This document shows, piece by piece, positions 1-10,478 of a stretch of 64,000 nucleotides of DNA. The notes beneath the pieces are model-generated. The model was not told where the DNA came from and did no database searches. It saw only the letters and a list, made by a program, of their open reading frames with translations. Each line of letters opens with the position of its first letter. Position 1 is the first letter of the stretch. The DNA is from Bacteroidales bacterium. GTDB taxonomy: Bacteria; Bacteroidota; Bacteroidia; Bacteroidales; Paludibacteraceae. The stretch covers positions 36,931-100,930 of the forward strand of contig SUXD01000004.1 of assembly GCA_015061145.1 (NCBI GenBank). The letters run 5' to 3'. The position numbers were made by a program, and so were the translations under genes.

Positions 1-960
1 GCTCAGCGTGGCGTAGGCCGTCGTGAGATTGGACACGGAAACTTGGCTTGCCGTGCGCTCAAGAGCATGATTCCTGCAGACTATCCGTATGTAGTGCGCG
101 TCGTTTCCGACATTTTGGAATCGAACGGTTCTTCGTCAATGGCAACTGTATGTGCAGGAACCCTTGCACTGATGGATGCCGGCGTTCAGATTAAGAAACC
201 AGTATCGGGTATCGCAATGGGATTGATTTCGGAAAACAAAGGTACAAACTACGCTATCCTTTCCGACATCCTCGGCGACGAAGACCACCTTGGCGACATG
301 GACTTTAAGACCACTGGTACCGAAGACGGACTCACCGCCTGCCAGATGGATATAAAAGTGGACGGACTCTCGTACGAGATTCTTGAGAATGCATTGGCAC
401 AAGCGCATGCAGGCCGTATGCACATCCTCGGCAAAATAAAAGAGACCTTGCCTGCTCCACGCCCCGACTTGAAACCACATGCTCCACGCATCGTTGTGAT
501 GACCATCCCGAAAGAGATGATTGGTGCAGTAATCGGCCCTGGCGGAAAAATCATCCAAGACATTCAGGAAAAAACCGGCGCTACCATCTCTATCGACGAA
601 GTGGAGAACGAAGGCCGCGTAGAAATAGCATCGGCGAACAAAGAATCGCTCGACGCTGCTGTGGCTCGCATCAAGAGCATCGTAGTGGTGCCCGAAGTAG
701 GCGAGACATACGACGCTACCGTGAAGTCTATCATGCCTTACGGCGCATTTGTAGAATTCATGCCAGGCAAAGAAGGACTGCTCCATATCTCAGAAATAGA
801 CTGGAAACGCTTCGAGACAATGGAAGAAACCGGACTGAAAGAAGGCGACACCATCACAGTGAAACTTTTGGACATCGACCCGAAAACTGGCAAGTTCAAA
901 CTTTCGCACAAAGTGCTGCTCTCGCGCCCGGAACGCAACCAACACAAAGACAAAGAATAA
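1..960 (+). CDS. pnp: Polyribonucleotide nucleotidyltransferase (PNPase), C-terminal part; the 5' end lies outside the window
   Basis: The frame is open from base 1. The translation shows the second RNase PH region ([18 protein letters not shown]), a KH motif ([16 protein letters not shown]) and an S1 domain ([20 protein letters not shown]...GKFKLS). Confidence 0.9.
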   Translation, partial: AQRGVGRREIGHGNLACRALKSMIPADYPYVVRVVSDILESNGSSSMATVCAGTLALMDAGVQIKKPVSGIAMGLISENKGTNYAILSDILGDEDHLGDMDFKTTGTEDGLTACQMDIKVDGLSYEILENALAQAHAGRMHILGKIKETLPAPRPDLKPHAPRIVVMTIPKEMIGAVIGPGGKIIQDIQEKTGATISIDEVENEGRVEIASANKESLDAAVARIKSIVVVPEVGETYDATVKSIMPYGAFVEFMPGKEGLLHISEIDWKRFETMEETGLKEGDTITVKLLDIDPKTGKFKLSHKVLLSRPERNQHKDKE

Positions 961-980
961 AAAACAATTGTCTTGATAAG

Positions 981-1016
981 AAAAGCCGTCGCTCAAAAAG
1001 CGGCGGCTTTTTCTTG
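981..1016 (+). terminator. Intrinsic terminator after pnp
   Basis: Stem aaaagccgtcgc / gcggcggctttt (one G-U pair) with a 7-nt loop, followed by a T-run. It sits 20 nt after the pnp stop. Confidence 0.6.
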
Positions 1017-1143
1017 AAATTGTTAATTATCTCCCTTCGGTCGATTAATGTTAATTTATAATTTAAAGATTTGAAGATTTGAAAATTGCGTCAGCGTCAA
1101 TGTCTACGTTATTGTCCATTTTTAATTATTAATTGTTAATTAT

Positions 1144-2385
1144 ATGAAAATTACTCCAGTTCTCTTGCTAACAGGCTATCTCGGCAGCGGGAAGACCACC
1201 CTGCTGAACCGTATTCTCTCCAACGAGAAAGGCATTAAATTCGCTGTCATCGTGAACGACATCGGCGAAGTGAACATCGACGCACGGCTCATTGAGCAGG
1301 GCGGCATCGTAGGACAAGGCGACGACAGCCTCGTGGCACTGCAAAACGGATGCATCTGCTGCACCCTGAAAATGGACTTGGTGGAACAGCTGCGCGAAAT
1401 CATCGCTATGCACCGTTTCGATTACATCGTGATTGAGGCCAGCGGCATCTGCGAACCGGAGCCTATTGCACAAACCATCTGCTCCATACCGCGCATGGAA
1501 GAAAAATATACCAAAGACGGCATTCCCCTGCTCGACTGCATCGTGACCGTGGTGGACGCACTGCGCATGCGCGACGAATTCGGCGGAGGAGGACACCTGC
1601 TCCGAAAAGACATTGACGACGAAGATATCGAAAACCTCGTCATCCAACAAATTGAATTCTGCAACATCGTGCTGCTGAACAAAGCAAGCGAGGTGAGCCG
1701 CGAAGAACTCGAAAAAACAAAACAAATCATACGCGCCCTGCAACCCAAAGCCGAAATCATTGAATGCGACTACGGCAACGTGGATTTCAACAAAATACTG
1801 GAAACGGGCATGTTCGACTTTGAAGATGTAGCCACTTCGGCCACCTGGATAAACGAACTTGAGAAACATCATGACGAGGACGACAATGAGCATGAGCATG
1901 ACGAAGATGAGGACGAATGCGACGACCCTGAATGCGAATGTCACCATCACCACGACGAAGAAGGACATCACCACTGCCACCATCACCACCATCATCACGA
2001 AGGCGGAGAGGTAGAAGAATACGGCATCGGCACATACGTTTACTATGCCCGCGAACCGCTCAAATTCGACCTGTTCGATGATTTTCTGTTCCGCCTGTGG
2101 CCTAAAAACATCATTCGCGCTAAGGGCATCTGCTATTTTGAGAACCAAACAGATATCTGCTACCTGTTTGAACAAGCAGGCAAACAAAAGACCATACACA
2201 ACGCCGGACAATGGTACGCCACCATGCCCGAAGACGAACTGATGGAACTGATGCAGAAAAATCCGTCGCTCGTAGGCGACTGGGACGAGAACTACGGCGA
2301 CCGCATGCAGAAAATAGTGTTCATAGGGCAGCACCTCGACAAAGCGTTCATCAAACAGAAACTCGACGCCTGCCTGGCTAAATAA
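1144..2385 (+). CDS. COG0523/CobW-family GTPase, putative zinc metallochaperone with a His-rich insert
   Basis: P-loop GYLGSGKTTLLN, the family-typical CxCC motif (GCICCTLK), and an acidic/His-rich tract DEDDNEHEHDEDEDECDDPECECHHHHDEEGHHHCHHHHHHHE. Confidence 0.85.
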   Translation: MKITPVLLLTGYLGSGKTTLLNRILSNEKGIKFAVIVNDIGEVNIDARLIEQGGIVGQGDDSLVALQNGCICCTLKMDLVEQLREIIAMHRFDYIVIEASGICEPEPIAQTICSIPRMEEKYTKDGIPLLDCIVTVVDALRMRDEFGGGGHLLRKDIDDEDIENLVIQQIEFCNIVLLNKASEVSREELEKTKQIIRALQPKAEIIECDYGNVDFNKILETGMFDFEDVATSATWINELEKHHDEDDNEHEHDEDEDECDDPECECHHHHDEEGHHHCHHHHHHHEGGEVEEYGIGTYVYYAREPLKFDLFDDFLFRLWPKNIIRAKGICYFENQTDICYLFEQAGKQKTIHNAGQWYATMPEDELMELMQKNPSLVGDWDENYGDRMQKIVFIGQHLDKAFIKQKLDACLAK

Positions 2386-2394
2386 CGAAAGAAC

Positions 2395-2865
2395 ATGAAA
2401 AAGATAAAGAACCCGTGGCTCGCACACAAAGGGTACAACTGCATAGCCTGCTGCCCCGAAAACAAAATAGGACTGCACCTTGAATTTTGGGAAGACGGCG
2501 ATGACATTGTAAGCTACTGGACACCCACACAAGACCACCAAGGCTGGATAAACACGCTGCACGGCGGCGTGCAAAGCCTGCTCTTGGACGAAGTGGCAGG
2601 ATGGGTAGTGACACGCAAACTGCAAACCACCGGCGTGACCTCCAAAATGGAAGTGCAATACAAACGCCCCGTCTCCACCCTCGACAGCCGACTCACCATA
2701 CGGGCACGCATAGCACGGCAAATGCGGAATGTGGCCATTATAGAAGCCGAAATATACAATGCGGCCGGCGAAGCATGCACCCAAGGCACACTCACCTACT
2801 TCTGCGCCTCAAAAGAAAAAGCCGCGCAAGAAACAGGATTCACTGGTTGCGAAGTGGAAGAATGA
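2395..2865 (+). CDS. PaaI-family hotdog-fold thioesterase
   Basis: 156 aa with the HGG...LLDE core (NTLHGGVQSLLLDEVAGW) typical of PaaI/YbgC-like thioesterases. It lies 10 nt after the upstream gene. Confidence 0.7.
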   Translation: MKKIKNPWLAHKGYNCIACCPENKIGLHLEFWEDGDDIVSYWTPTQDHQGWINTLHGGVQSLLLDEVAGWVVTRKLQTTGVTSKMEVQYKRPVSTLDSRLTIRARIARQMRNVAIIEAEIYNAAGEACTQGTLTYFCASKEKAAQETGFTGCEVEE

Positions 2866-3033
2866 ACATCAATAATTGCACTATAGCTAACTAAAATCTG
2901 TCAATTTTCCATACATTTTGCAAATACTGCTCAATCAAATAAAATTACTGATTAAATTTTTGGGGAATAGAATCCAAAAACATTTTTTATAAAAGCTAGA
3001 AACTGTTAAGAATCGGTTTTAATTTTATTTCGT

Positions 3034-3041
3034 TATCTTTG
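3034..3041 (+). promoter_or_regulatory. Bacteroidetes-type -7 promoter box (TAtcTTTG) for aroB
   Basis: Exact match to the TAnnTTTG consensus, 19 nt upstream of ATG 3060. This argues against the TTG 3039 start in the ORF track. Confidence 0.45.
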
Positions 3042-3059
3042 CAGCATAATTTTTTGCGT

Positions 3060-4115
3060 ATGGCCAAGCAGAATGTCATCATTTGTCAGAATATTACCGA
3101 CACGCTACAGCAAATAGTAGCCAAAGGCGGCTACCCTTCCATATTCATCCTCACCGACAGCAACACCGGCAGAATATGTCTGCCGCGACTGCGCACAATA
3201 CCCGAACTGGCTAATGCCAAAGTGACTGAAATACCGGCTGGCGACGAGAACAAGAATATTGAGCATCTGGCCAACATCTGGCAATTTCTGAGCAACAACG
3301 GCGCCACACGCAAGTCGCTGATGATAAACCTCGGCGGCGGCATGATAACAGACATAGGCGGGTTTGCGGCATCCACCTTCAAGCGCGGAATGGCCTACAT
3401 CAACATACCCACTTCGCTGCTCGGCACAATTGACGCTGCCGTGGGCGGAAAAACCGGCATCAACTTCAACGGACTGAAAAACGAAGTGGGCGTCATCAAC
3501 CCTGCCGACTATGTGCTGATAGACCCCGAATTCTTCCGTACGCTCGACCATGACAATTTTCTCTCGGGCTACGCCGAAATGCTGAAACACGGACTCATAT
3601 CCTCAAAAGAAGAGCTGCTGAAAGTCCTGAATTTCGATTTGCAAAATATTGATTTTGAAAAGTTTAAGAAACTTTTGGAAAGCTCTATCGCCGTAAAGGA
3701 ATATTTTGTGGAGAAAGACCCGAAAGAGCAAAATATACGCAAAGCCCTGAATTTCGGGCATACCATCGGACACGCCATCGAGAGCTACTCGCACGAAATA
3801 GGGAAACCCTTGCTGCACGGCTATGCCGTAGCGTTCGGCATGGTGTGCGAATTGTACCTGTCACACATCAAAACGGGATTCCCGCTTGACCTTATGCGTC
3901 AGATAAATGCGCTGATATACGAAAACTACCGAAAATTCGATTTCGGCTGCAAAAGCTACGACCGGCTGTACGAACTGATGACACACGACAAGAAAAACAC
4001 ATCGTCGGAAATAAATTTCACACTTCTGGCAAACGTAGGAGAACTGAAAATAAACCAAACAGCCACCAAAGAGGAGATTTTTGAAGCACTCGATTTTTAT
4101 CGCGACGCCAACTAA
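3060..4115 (+). CDS. aroB: 3-dehydroquinate synthase
   Basis: GGGMITDIGGFAASTFKRGM nucleotide-binding stretch and metal ligands in GHTIGHAIE...LLHGYAVAFG. Start moved to the ATG at 3060. Confidence 0.9.
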   Translation: MAKQNVIICQNITDTLQQIVAKGGYPSIFILTDSNTGRICLPRLRTIPELANAKVTEIPAGDENKNIEHLANIWQFLSNNGATRKSLMINLGGGMITDIGGFAASTFKRGMAYINIPTSLLGTIDAAVGGKTGINFNGLKNEVGVINPADYVLIDPEFFRTLDHDNFLSGYAEMLKHGLISSKEELLKVLNFDLQNIDFEKFKKLLESSIAVKEYFVEKDPKEQNIRKALNFGHTIGHAIESYSHEIGKPLLHGYAVAFGMVCELYLSHIKTGFPLDLMRQINALIYENYRKFDFGCKSYDRLYELMTHDKKNTSSEINFTLLANVGELKINQTATKEEIFEALDFYRDAN

Positions 4116-4127
4116 ACAAATTACAGA

Positions 4128-5357
4128 ATGGTAACACTGACGGCACCCAAAAATATTGCAGGAAAAATTAACCTGCCCGCCTCCAAAAGCATCAGCAACA
4201 GAGCGCTCATCATCAAAGCGCTGTGCGGCGATACTACGCCCGTCGAAAACCTCTCGGAATGCGACGACACACATGCCGTAACCAAGAATATGGCATCGCT
4301 GGCATCGGGCGGAAAATCATTCGACATAGGAGCGGCAGGAACGGCCATGCGCTTCCTCACAGCATATCTCGCCAACCGAAAAGGAGAATGGGAAATAACC
4401 GGCAGCACACGCATGAAACAGCGTCCCATCAAAATTCTGGCAGATGCGCTGAATCTGTTGGGAGCTAACATCGAATACACCGAGAAAGAAGGATTCCCGC
4501 CTCTACATATCTACGGCAATCCGCTCACAGGAGGAGAAATAGAACTGGAGGGGAACGTAAGCAGCCAATATATTTCGGCGCTGCTCATGATTGCACCATA
4601 TATGCAAAAAGGGCTGACAGTGAACCTGAAAGGAAAAGTCATTTCCAAACCTTACATCCTGCTGACCCTGAAAATGATGGAACAATTTGGCGTGAACTAT
4701 ACCTGGACAAAAAATAAAATACGCATCGAAAAACAGCAATATACGCCACGCCCATACAAAGTGGAGTCGGACTGGTCGGCCGCATCATACTGGTACGAAA
4801 TACTGGCTATATGCGGCGAAGGAGAAATTTTCCTGACCGGTCTCACCAACCGCAGTTCGCAAGGCGACGCAAAAGTGGCGGAATTGTTTTCCATGCTAGG
4901 CATCGAGACTGTCTATTCATCAGAAGGCGCCCTGCTGCGCTACACCGGAAAACTGGCTGAACGAATGATTTACAACTTCGTGGAACAGCCCGACCTGGCA
5001 CAAACCTTTACCGTGACCTGCTGCATGCTGAATATACCGTTTGCTTTTTCCGGACTACAAAGTCTGAAAATAAAGGAAACAGACCGTATCGCCGCTCTGA
5101 TAACCGAAATGCGGAAAACTGGCTTTGTATTGCGCGAAGATGAAGAAGGCACGCTGATATGGGACGGCACAAAAGTTAAAGCAGAAAAAGAAATAACCAT
5201 AAAGACATACGACGACCATAGAATGGCAATGGCCTTTGCGCCAATTTCGCTAAAAGTTGTAAATTTGCAGATAGAAAACCCCGAAGTGGTGAGCAAATCA
5301 TACCCCACTTTCTGGGACGATTTGAAAAGTGTAGGATTTAAAATAACAAATATATGA
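4128..5357 (+). CDS. aroA: 3-phosphoshikimate 1-carboxyvinyltransferase (EPSP synthase)
   Basis: LPASKSISNRALI N-terminal motif, GAAGTAMRFL, KETDRIAA and DDHRMAMAFAP signatures. 409 aa. Confidence 0.9.
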   Translation: MVTLTAPKNIAGKINLPASKSISNRALIIKALCGDTTPVENLSECDDTHAVTKNMASLASGGKSFDIGAAGTAMRFLTAYLANRKGEWEITGSTRMKQRPIKILADALNLLGANIEYTEKEGFPPLHIYGNPLTGGEIELEGNVSSQYISALLMIAPYMQKGLTVNLKGKVISKPYILLTLKMMEQFGVNYTWTKNKIRIEKQQYTPRPYKVESDWSAASYWYEILAICGEGEIFLTGLTNRSSQGDAKVAELFSMLGIETVYSSEGALLRYTGKLAERMIYNFVEQPDLAQTFTVTCCMLNIPFAFSGLQSLKIKETDRIAALITEMRKTGFVLREDEEGTLIWDGTKVKAEKEITIKTYDDHRMAMAFAPISLKVVNLQIENPEVVSKSYPTFWDDLKSVGFKITNI

Positions 5358-6130
5358 AAATAGCATTGGTAGGATTCGGGAAAATGGGGCACATGATTCA
5401 GCAGATAGCGCTGAAAAGAGGTAATGAAGTAGTGCTCACCGCCGATCCTTTTGCGCCTGACGCAGATGTGAAAGAACAAGACAGCGAGAAAATAGCTGAG
5501 GCAGTGAAAAAATCGGGTGCCGAAGCGGTAATCGAGTTCACCCATCCCAACAGCGTGATGAACAACATCAACGCACTGATTGCCACTGACATTCCTGTGA
5601 TTGTAGGCACAACGGGCTGGTACGCACACCTCGACGATGTGAAAAAAGCCGTCAAAACCAACAATGCAAGCCTGTTCTATGCGGCCAACTATTCCATAGG
5701 CGTGAATCTGTTCTACAAAATCGTGAAAGAGGCTGCCGCAGTCATATCAGCATACGACGAATACGACGCTGCAGTATGGGAAGCGCACCACAACCAAAAA
5801 GCTGACAGCCCTTCGGGCACAGCACTCGATGTGGCAAAAATGGTGATGGAAGGCATGAAAAAGAAGACAGAACTTGTGATTGGCAATTTTGAGGGAAGAC
5901 CAAAGAAAGAACAGCTGCAAGTGGCTTCGACCCGCGTGGGTTCGGTGCCAGGCACGCACATCGTATATTTCGACAGCGTGGCCGACACTATTGAACTGAC
6001 ACACACCGCCCGCTCACGCGAGGGATTCGCATTGGGTGCTGTAGTAGCGGCTGAATGGATGGCTAACGGACTGAAAATCGGTTCGCTCAAAAAAGGTGAG
6101 ACCTATACCATGACAGACCTTATGAAATAA
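5354..6130 (+). CDS. dapB: 4-hydroxy-tetrahydrodipicolinate reductase
   Basis: MKIALVGFGKMG Rossmann start, EAHHNQKADSPSGTA active-site motif. ATGA overlap with the aroA stop. Confidence 0.9.
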   Translation: MKIALVGFGKMGHMIQQIALKRGNEVVLTADPFAPDADVKEQDSEKIAEAVKKSGAEAVIEFTHPNSVMNNINALIATDIPVIVGTTGWYAHLDDVKKAVKTNNASLFYAANYSIGVNLFYKIVKEAAAVISAYDEYDAAVWEAHHNQKADSPSGTALDVAKMVMEGMKKKTELVIGNFEGRPKKEQLQVASTRVGSVPGTHIVYFDSVADTIELTHTARSREGFALGAVVAAEWMANGLKIGSLKKGETYTMTDLMK

Positions 6131-6224
6131 ATATGAACAGAAGGTCATCGACCCAAGATAAATAATTTAGAATGAAGAATTGACATATTTTTACCGATTC
6201 AAAATTCAAAACCCTAAATTTGAT

Positions 6225-7619
6225 ATGAGATTCAACAAACCTTTATCCGCTTGGATACACTTTGCAGCATGGAGCTTGCTCTTGATATTATTTCTGGCGT
6301 GGGTAGGAAATTTCTGGTGGCTGCTGTTGCTTCCGCTCATTTTCGATATGTACATCACCCGCTTCATCCCCTGGGGATGGTGGAAAAGCAAAAAAGAGAG
6401 CAATCCCGCTTACTATAAATTCTGGAGTTGGGTGGATGCCATCGTATGGTGCTTGATAGCTGTAGGGCTCATCAATAACTACATCTTCCAGAATTACCGC
6501 ATCCCGTCGTCATCGCTAGAGAAAACACTGCTTACGGGCGATTTTCTGCTGGTAAGCAAAGTGGCATACGGTCCGCGCAACCCGATGACTCCGCTCTCTT
6601 TCCCGCTGGTGCAACATACGCTGCCGGTACTGAACTGCAAATCGTACATTGAACATCCGCAACTGAAATACAAACGCCTGAAAGGATTCGGCAAAGTGCA
6701 ACGCAACGACATAGTAGTGTTCAACTTTCCTACGGGCGACACCGTTTGCACCAAAATGCAGAACCCCGACTATTACACGCTCTGCCACATTTACGGCCGC
6801 GAGCGCGTATGGAACGACAAAGCCACTTTCGGCGACATCGTGTATCGTCCTGTCGACCGCCGGGAGAATTATGTGAAACGCTGCGTGGCATTGCCTGGCG
6901 ACACCTTGCAAATAGTAAACAACGATGTATATGTGAACGGAGCTAAACAAAGCGACATTGAAGGATTGCAACTCAATTACTTCATTCAGACCAACGGCGC
7001 CCACTTTAATGAGAAAATTCTTTCGGAGATGGGCATCGCGCTTGCCGATGTGATGCTGCTCAACGCACAATTTGCCGACATGACTCGTCTGCTGGATACG
7101 CTTCGCTTCGAGCAAAACAACAGTTTTCCGCTCTATCGCATACCGCTCACACAAAGCAACTACGAAAAGATGAAGCAAATGCCTGCCGTGCTTAACATCA
7201 CGCCTGAACCCGCATTTTTCGCAGGAGAAACCTTTCCGTTGGGCAACAGCGCATGGACACGCGACAACTACGGACCGCTGTGGATTCCTGCCAAAGGCGC
7301 AACGGTAAACATCAACAACGAGAATATTGCGCTCTACGAACTTATCATACGAAATTATGAAGGAAACAAACTCGACATCACCGAAAACGGCATTTTCATC
7401 AATGGCGAAAAGGCTGACACCTACACCTTCAAAATGGACTATTATTGGATGATGGGCGACAATCGTCATAACTCTGCCGACTCGCGCTTTTGGGGATTCG
7501 TACCCGAAGACCACATTGTAGGCCGTCCTGTTTTCGTATGGCTCTCGCTTGACCAAGAAAAATCGCTCTTTGGAGGGAAAATACGGTTCAACAGATTCTT
7601 TAAGAATGCAATGCGATGA
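6225..7619 (+). CDS. lepB: Signal peptidase I (long Bacteroidetes form)
   Basis: Catalytic Ser box (IPSSSLEKTLLTGDFLLV), Lys box (YVKRCVALPGD) and GDNRHNSADSRFWGFVP box. ATG 6225 is preferred over TTG 6180. Confidence 0.85.
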   Translation: MRFNKPLSAWIHFAAWSLLLILFLAWVGNFWWLLLLPLIFDMYITRFIPWGWWKSKKESNPAYYKFWSWVDAIVWCLIAVGLINNYIFQNYRIPSSSLEKTLLTGDFLLVSKVAYGPRNPMTPLSFPLVQHTLPVLNCKSYIEHPQLKYKRLKGFGKVQRNDIVVFNFPTGDTVCTKMQNPDYYTLCHIYGRERVWNDKATFGDIVYRPVDRRENYVKRCVALPGDTLQIVNNDVYVNGAKQSDIEGLQLNYFIQTNGAHFNEKILSEMGIALADVMLLNAQFADMTRLLDTLRFEQNNSFPLYRIPLTQSNYEKMKQMPAVLNITPEPAFFAGETFPLGNSAWTRDNYGPLWIPAKGATVNINNENIALYELIIRNYEGNKLDITENGIFINGEKADTYTFKMDYYWMMGDNRHNSADSRFWGFVPEDHIVGRPVFVWLSLDQEKSLFGGKIRFNRFFKNAMR

Positions 7620-7666
7620 TTTGATTAACTAATTACTTAATTCCCAATTATTTAATTTACAATCCT

Positions 7667-8284
7667 TTGCCCATTGTTCATTCTTACATTTTATCTACAG
7701 CTTATCTTGCACCAATTGAGTACTACACTAAATTGGCGCAAGGCGATTGTTTGATAGAGCGCGAAGAGCATTACCAAAAACAAACCTATCGCAACCGTTG
7801 CCACATCGCTTCGCCAAATGGTGTGCTGCCGCTTTCCATCCCTGTGGAGAAAACGGGTGAAAAATGCTGCACAAAGGATATGCGCATCTCCAAACACTCC
7901 GACTGGCAGACGCTGCATTGGCGCGCCATTATGACAGCATACAACTCTACCCCGTTTTTTGAATACTACGAAGACGATTTGCGGCCTTTCTATGAAAAAG
8001 AGTGGCAATTCCTGTTCGACTTCAACAACGAAATACAGCAAAAAATAATAGAACTGCTCGACATCAATACAAACATCTGTTTTACTACGGACTACAAGCA
8101 CGAATATGCCGATGCCATCGATTTGCGCAACAGCATCAGTCCACGCCAACAGCAAAACAACAGCGACTTTGAAGCAAAGCCTTACTATCAGGTGTTTGAC
8201 CAGAAATTTGGATTCCTGCCCAACCTGAGCATCATCGACCTGCTTTTCAACATGGGCAACGAAGCGAAACTATGGCTTGCATAA
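7667..8284 (+). CDS. WbqC-family protein
   Basis: 205 aa with LSTAYLAPIEYY...QKQTYRNRCHI...LSIIDLLFNMG, the pattern of WbqC-like proteins. The only upstream in-frame start is TTG 7667, so the start is uncertain. Confidence 0.65.
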   Translation: MPIVHSYILSTAYLAPIEYYTKLAQGDCLIEREEHYQKQTYRNRCHIASPNGVLPLSIPVEKTGEKCCTKDMRISKHSDWQTLHWRAIMTAYNSTPFFEYYEDDLRPFYEKEWQFLFDFNNEIQQKIIELLDINTNICFTTDYKHEYADAIDLRNSISPRQQQNNSDFEAKPYYQVFDQKFGFLPNLSIIDLLFNMGNEAKLWLA

Positions 8285-8290
8285 ATCAGT

Positions 8291-8869
8291 TTATAACGTC
8301 GCGCGTATCTGCTCTACAAGCGGCAACACGGCTTTGTGCAGCACTTTCTCGTTGAGCCGGTGCTCGCCTTCAAAACGGAATGCCGTTTCGGGATAGAGTT
8401 TGCGGAAAGCATCGTAGGTATGCACTATCGGGTCGTTAATGCCAAAAAGTCCGTAAGTGTTTTTACGGTCGAAATCAGTTATGCCCTTGAACTGCTGCCT
8501 TTCCATCATATTGAAATGCTGAATGATTTCGCGTGTTATCTTGAATTTCTTCTGATGGTCTTTCCGTCCGTTCAGAAAAGCATGCTCGCCCGTCTTCAGC
8601 AATCCGTACTGCGACATGTTGAACGCCGGATTGACACAAATCTTACGAAAGCCGAACATCTGTTGTGCATACATTCCGCCCATGCTTGTGCCGATTATCA
8701 AATCGGGCTGATGCTCCTCGCAATATTGCCGCAAATAAGGCAACGCCTCCACTGGATCGACAGGAATGTCGGGTGCCAGAATCTCGTCGTCGGGCAGGGC
8801 TTTGCGCAACGCCTCTACCGTACCGCTGGCTCCAGACGAGCCGTAACCGTGAAAATAAACAATTCTCAT
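8291..8869 (-). CDS. YqiA/YcfP-like alpha/beta-fold esterase
   Basis: MRIVYFHGYGSSG start and nucleophile elbow GTSMGG. 192 aa. Confidence 0.65.
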   Translation of the reverse strand: MRIVYFHGYGSSGASGTVEALRKALPDDEILAPDIPVDPVEALPYLRQYCEEHQPDLIIGTSMGGMYAQQMFGFRKICVNPAFNMSQYGLLKTGEHAFLNGRKDHQKKFKITREIIQHFNMMERQQFKGITDFDRKNTYGLFGINDPIVHTYDAFRKLYPETAFRFEGEHRLNEKVLHKAVLPLVEQIRATL

Positions 8870-8970
8870 AGTCAGAAGCTGTTTCGAAATTTTATTGATA
8901 CATTTTTCTGCAAATTTAAGAAGTTGTTTTGAACGGCTTCTAAAAACTTTCCGTTAATTTTGCACCCGTC

Positions 8971-9930
8971 ATGCAACAAATCGTACGATTCATAAAAAAC
9001 TGGACGCTGCCTATCTCCATGTTTGCAGGTGTGGCAGGATATTTTGTCTATTCTAATCTGCCATTTCTGGCATGCACCAAACCCTTGGCGAACGAAACGG
9101 TAGGCTACATCCAGCCGTTGCTCATCTTCTGCATGCTGTTCCTCACATTCTGCAAAGTGAAGCCCTCCGATCTGCACTTTCGCACATGGTATCTTTGGCT
9201 TAGCCTGATACAAACCGTATCTTTCGGAGCGCTGGCAATGATACTCCATTTCGTCCCCGACACTTCGTGGCGGCTCATCATCGAGAGCGCAATGCTCTGC
9301 CTCATCTGCCCAACTGCCACGGCCGGCGCCGTTGTGACAATGAAACTGGGCGGCAATGCGGCAAGTCTCACCACCTATACCATTTTCATCAATCTGGTTG
9401 TAGCCATTGTCATACCGCTGCTTGTGCCCATTGCGCACCCGCAGGATGGCATCACCTTTCTGCCCGCCTTTCTGCTGATTATCCGCAAAGTTTTCCCGCT
9501 GCTCATCTGCCCCTTGCTGGCAGCATGGATTGTGAGATACTGTCTGCCCAAAATACATGAGAAACTGCTTTCTTGCAAGGATTTGGCATTTTATTTATGG
9601 GCCGTCGCACTGGCCATCGCCATAGCTGTCACTTGCAAAGCGCTGGTACACAGTCACGAGAATTTCGCACGGATTGCCGCCATGGCTGCCACTACACTTA
9701 TTTGCTGCCTCTTGCAGTTCTACATCGGCAGAAAAATTGGCGCACGCTACGGCGAACGCATCGAGGGCGGACAATCCATCGGACAAAAAAACACCGTTTT
9801 CATCATTTGGCTCGGCTACACCTTCATGACACCCGTGACCGCCATCTCAGGAGGGCTTTACAGCATCTGGCACAACACCATCAACAGCTATCAATTGTGG
9901 CAAAAACGAAAGTCCGACCAAGGAAAATGA
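8971..9930 (+). CDS. Polytopic membrane transporter, bile acid:Na+ symporter (SBF)-like fold
   Basis: About 9-10 hydrophobic segments. CPTATAGAVVTMKLGGNAASL resembles the SBF family signature. Substrate unknown. Confidence 0.55.
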   Translation: MQQIVRFIKNWTLPISMFAGVAGYFVYSNLPFLACTKPLANETVGYIQPLLIFCMLFLTFCKVKPSDLHFRTWYLWLSLIQTVSFGALAMILHFVPDTSWRLIIESAMLCLICPTATAGAVVTMKLGGNAASLTTYTIFINLVVAIVIPLLVPIAHPQDGITFLPAFLLIIRKVFPLLICPLLAAWIVRYCLPKIHEKLLSCKDLAFYLWAVALAIAIAVTCKALVHSHENFARIAAMAATTLICCLLQFYIGRKIGARYGERIEGGQSIGQKNTVFIIWLGYTFMTPVTAISGGLYSIWHNTINSYQLWQKRKSDQGK

Positions 9931-9996
9931 ATATTTTTTGCTTATAAATCCATTTTTCTCTTTGCAGTTTGATATTTTTTTGTTTCCTTTGTTTTC

Positions 9997-10449
9997 ATGC
10001 GAGTTGTGATTCAAAGAGTCAGTTTTGCTTCGCTTGCCATTGACGGGAAAGTGTTCTCAGAAATAGGCAAGGGGCTGATGGTGCTGGTAGGGATTGAAAA
10101 TGCCGACACATCGGAGGATGCAGACTATCTGGCGAAGAAAATACCTGCATTGCGCATTTTTGACGACGAACACGGCGTAATGAACCTGAGCGTAGCAGAC
10201 ATCAACGGCGAAATAATGGTTGTGAGTCAGTTCACGCTGCACGCGATGACAAAGAAAGGCAACAGACCATCGTACATCAAAGCGGCAGGACACGATATTT
10301 CGAAGCCGCTTTACGAAGAAGTCTGCCAAAAATTATCGGCAGCCACAGGGAAAACCGTGAAGACCGGCGTTTTTGGAGCCGACATGAAAATCACACTGCT
10401 GAACGATGGTCCCGTTACCATCCTGATAGATACGAAAAACAAGGAATAA
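9997..10449 (+). CDS. dtd: D-aminoacyl-tRNA deacylase
   Basis: MRVVIQRV start, SQFTLHA and NDGPVT motifs. 150 aa. Confidence 0.9.
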   Translation: MRVVIQRVSFASLAIDGKVFSEIGKGLMVLVGIENADTSEDADYLAKKIPALRIFDDEHGVMNLSVADINGEIMVVSQFTLHAMTKKGNRPSYIKAAGHDISKPLYEEVCQKLSAATGKTVKTGVFGADMKITLLNDGPVTILIDTKNKE

Positions 10450-10478
10450 ATTATTAACTAAAATTTATACGATAAGAT

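Noticed and set aside
1870-2000. The His/Asp/Glu-rich tract as a simple-sequence or contingency repeat.
   Set aside because: At the DNA level it is not a homopolymer or perfect microsatellite. Such metal-binding inserts are a normal feature of COG0523 zinc chaperones.
1168-2784. A 538-aa ORF antisense to the COG0523 and thioesterase genes. Similar long antisense ORFs occur at 6516..7556, 21681..23414, 38756..39892, 42361..43782, 47646..48371, 53689..54450 and 58606..59520.
   Set aside because: Each lies exactly opposite a gene with unmistakable family motifs. Their translations are low-complexity (rich in V/F/H/A/R) with no recognisable motif. These are typical shadow ORFs caused by codon bias on the sense strand.
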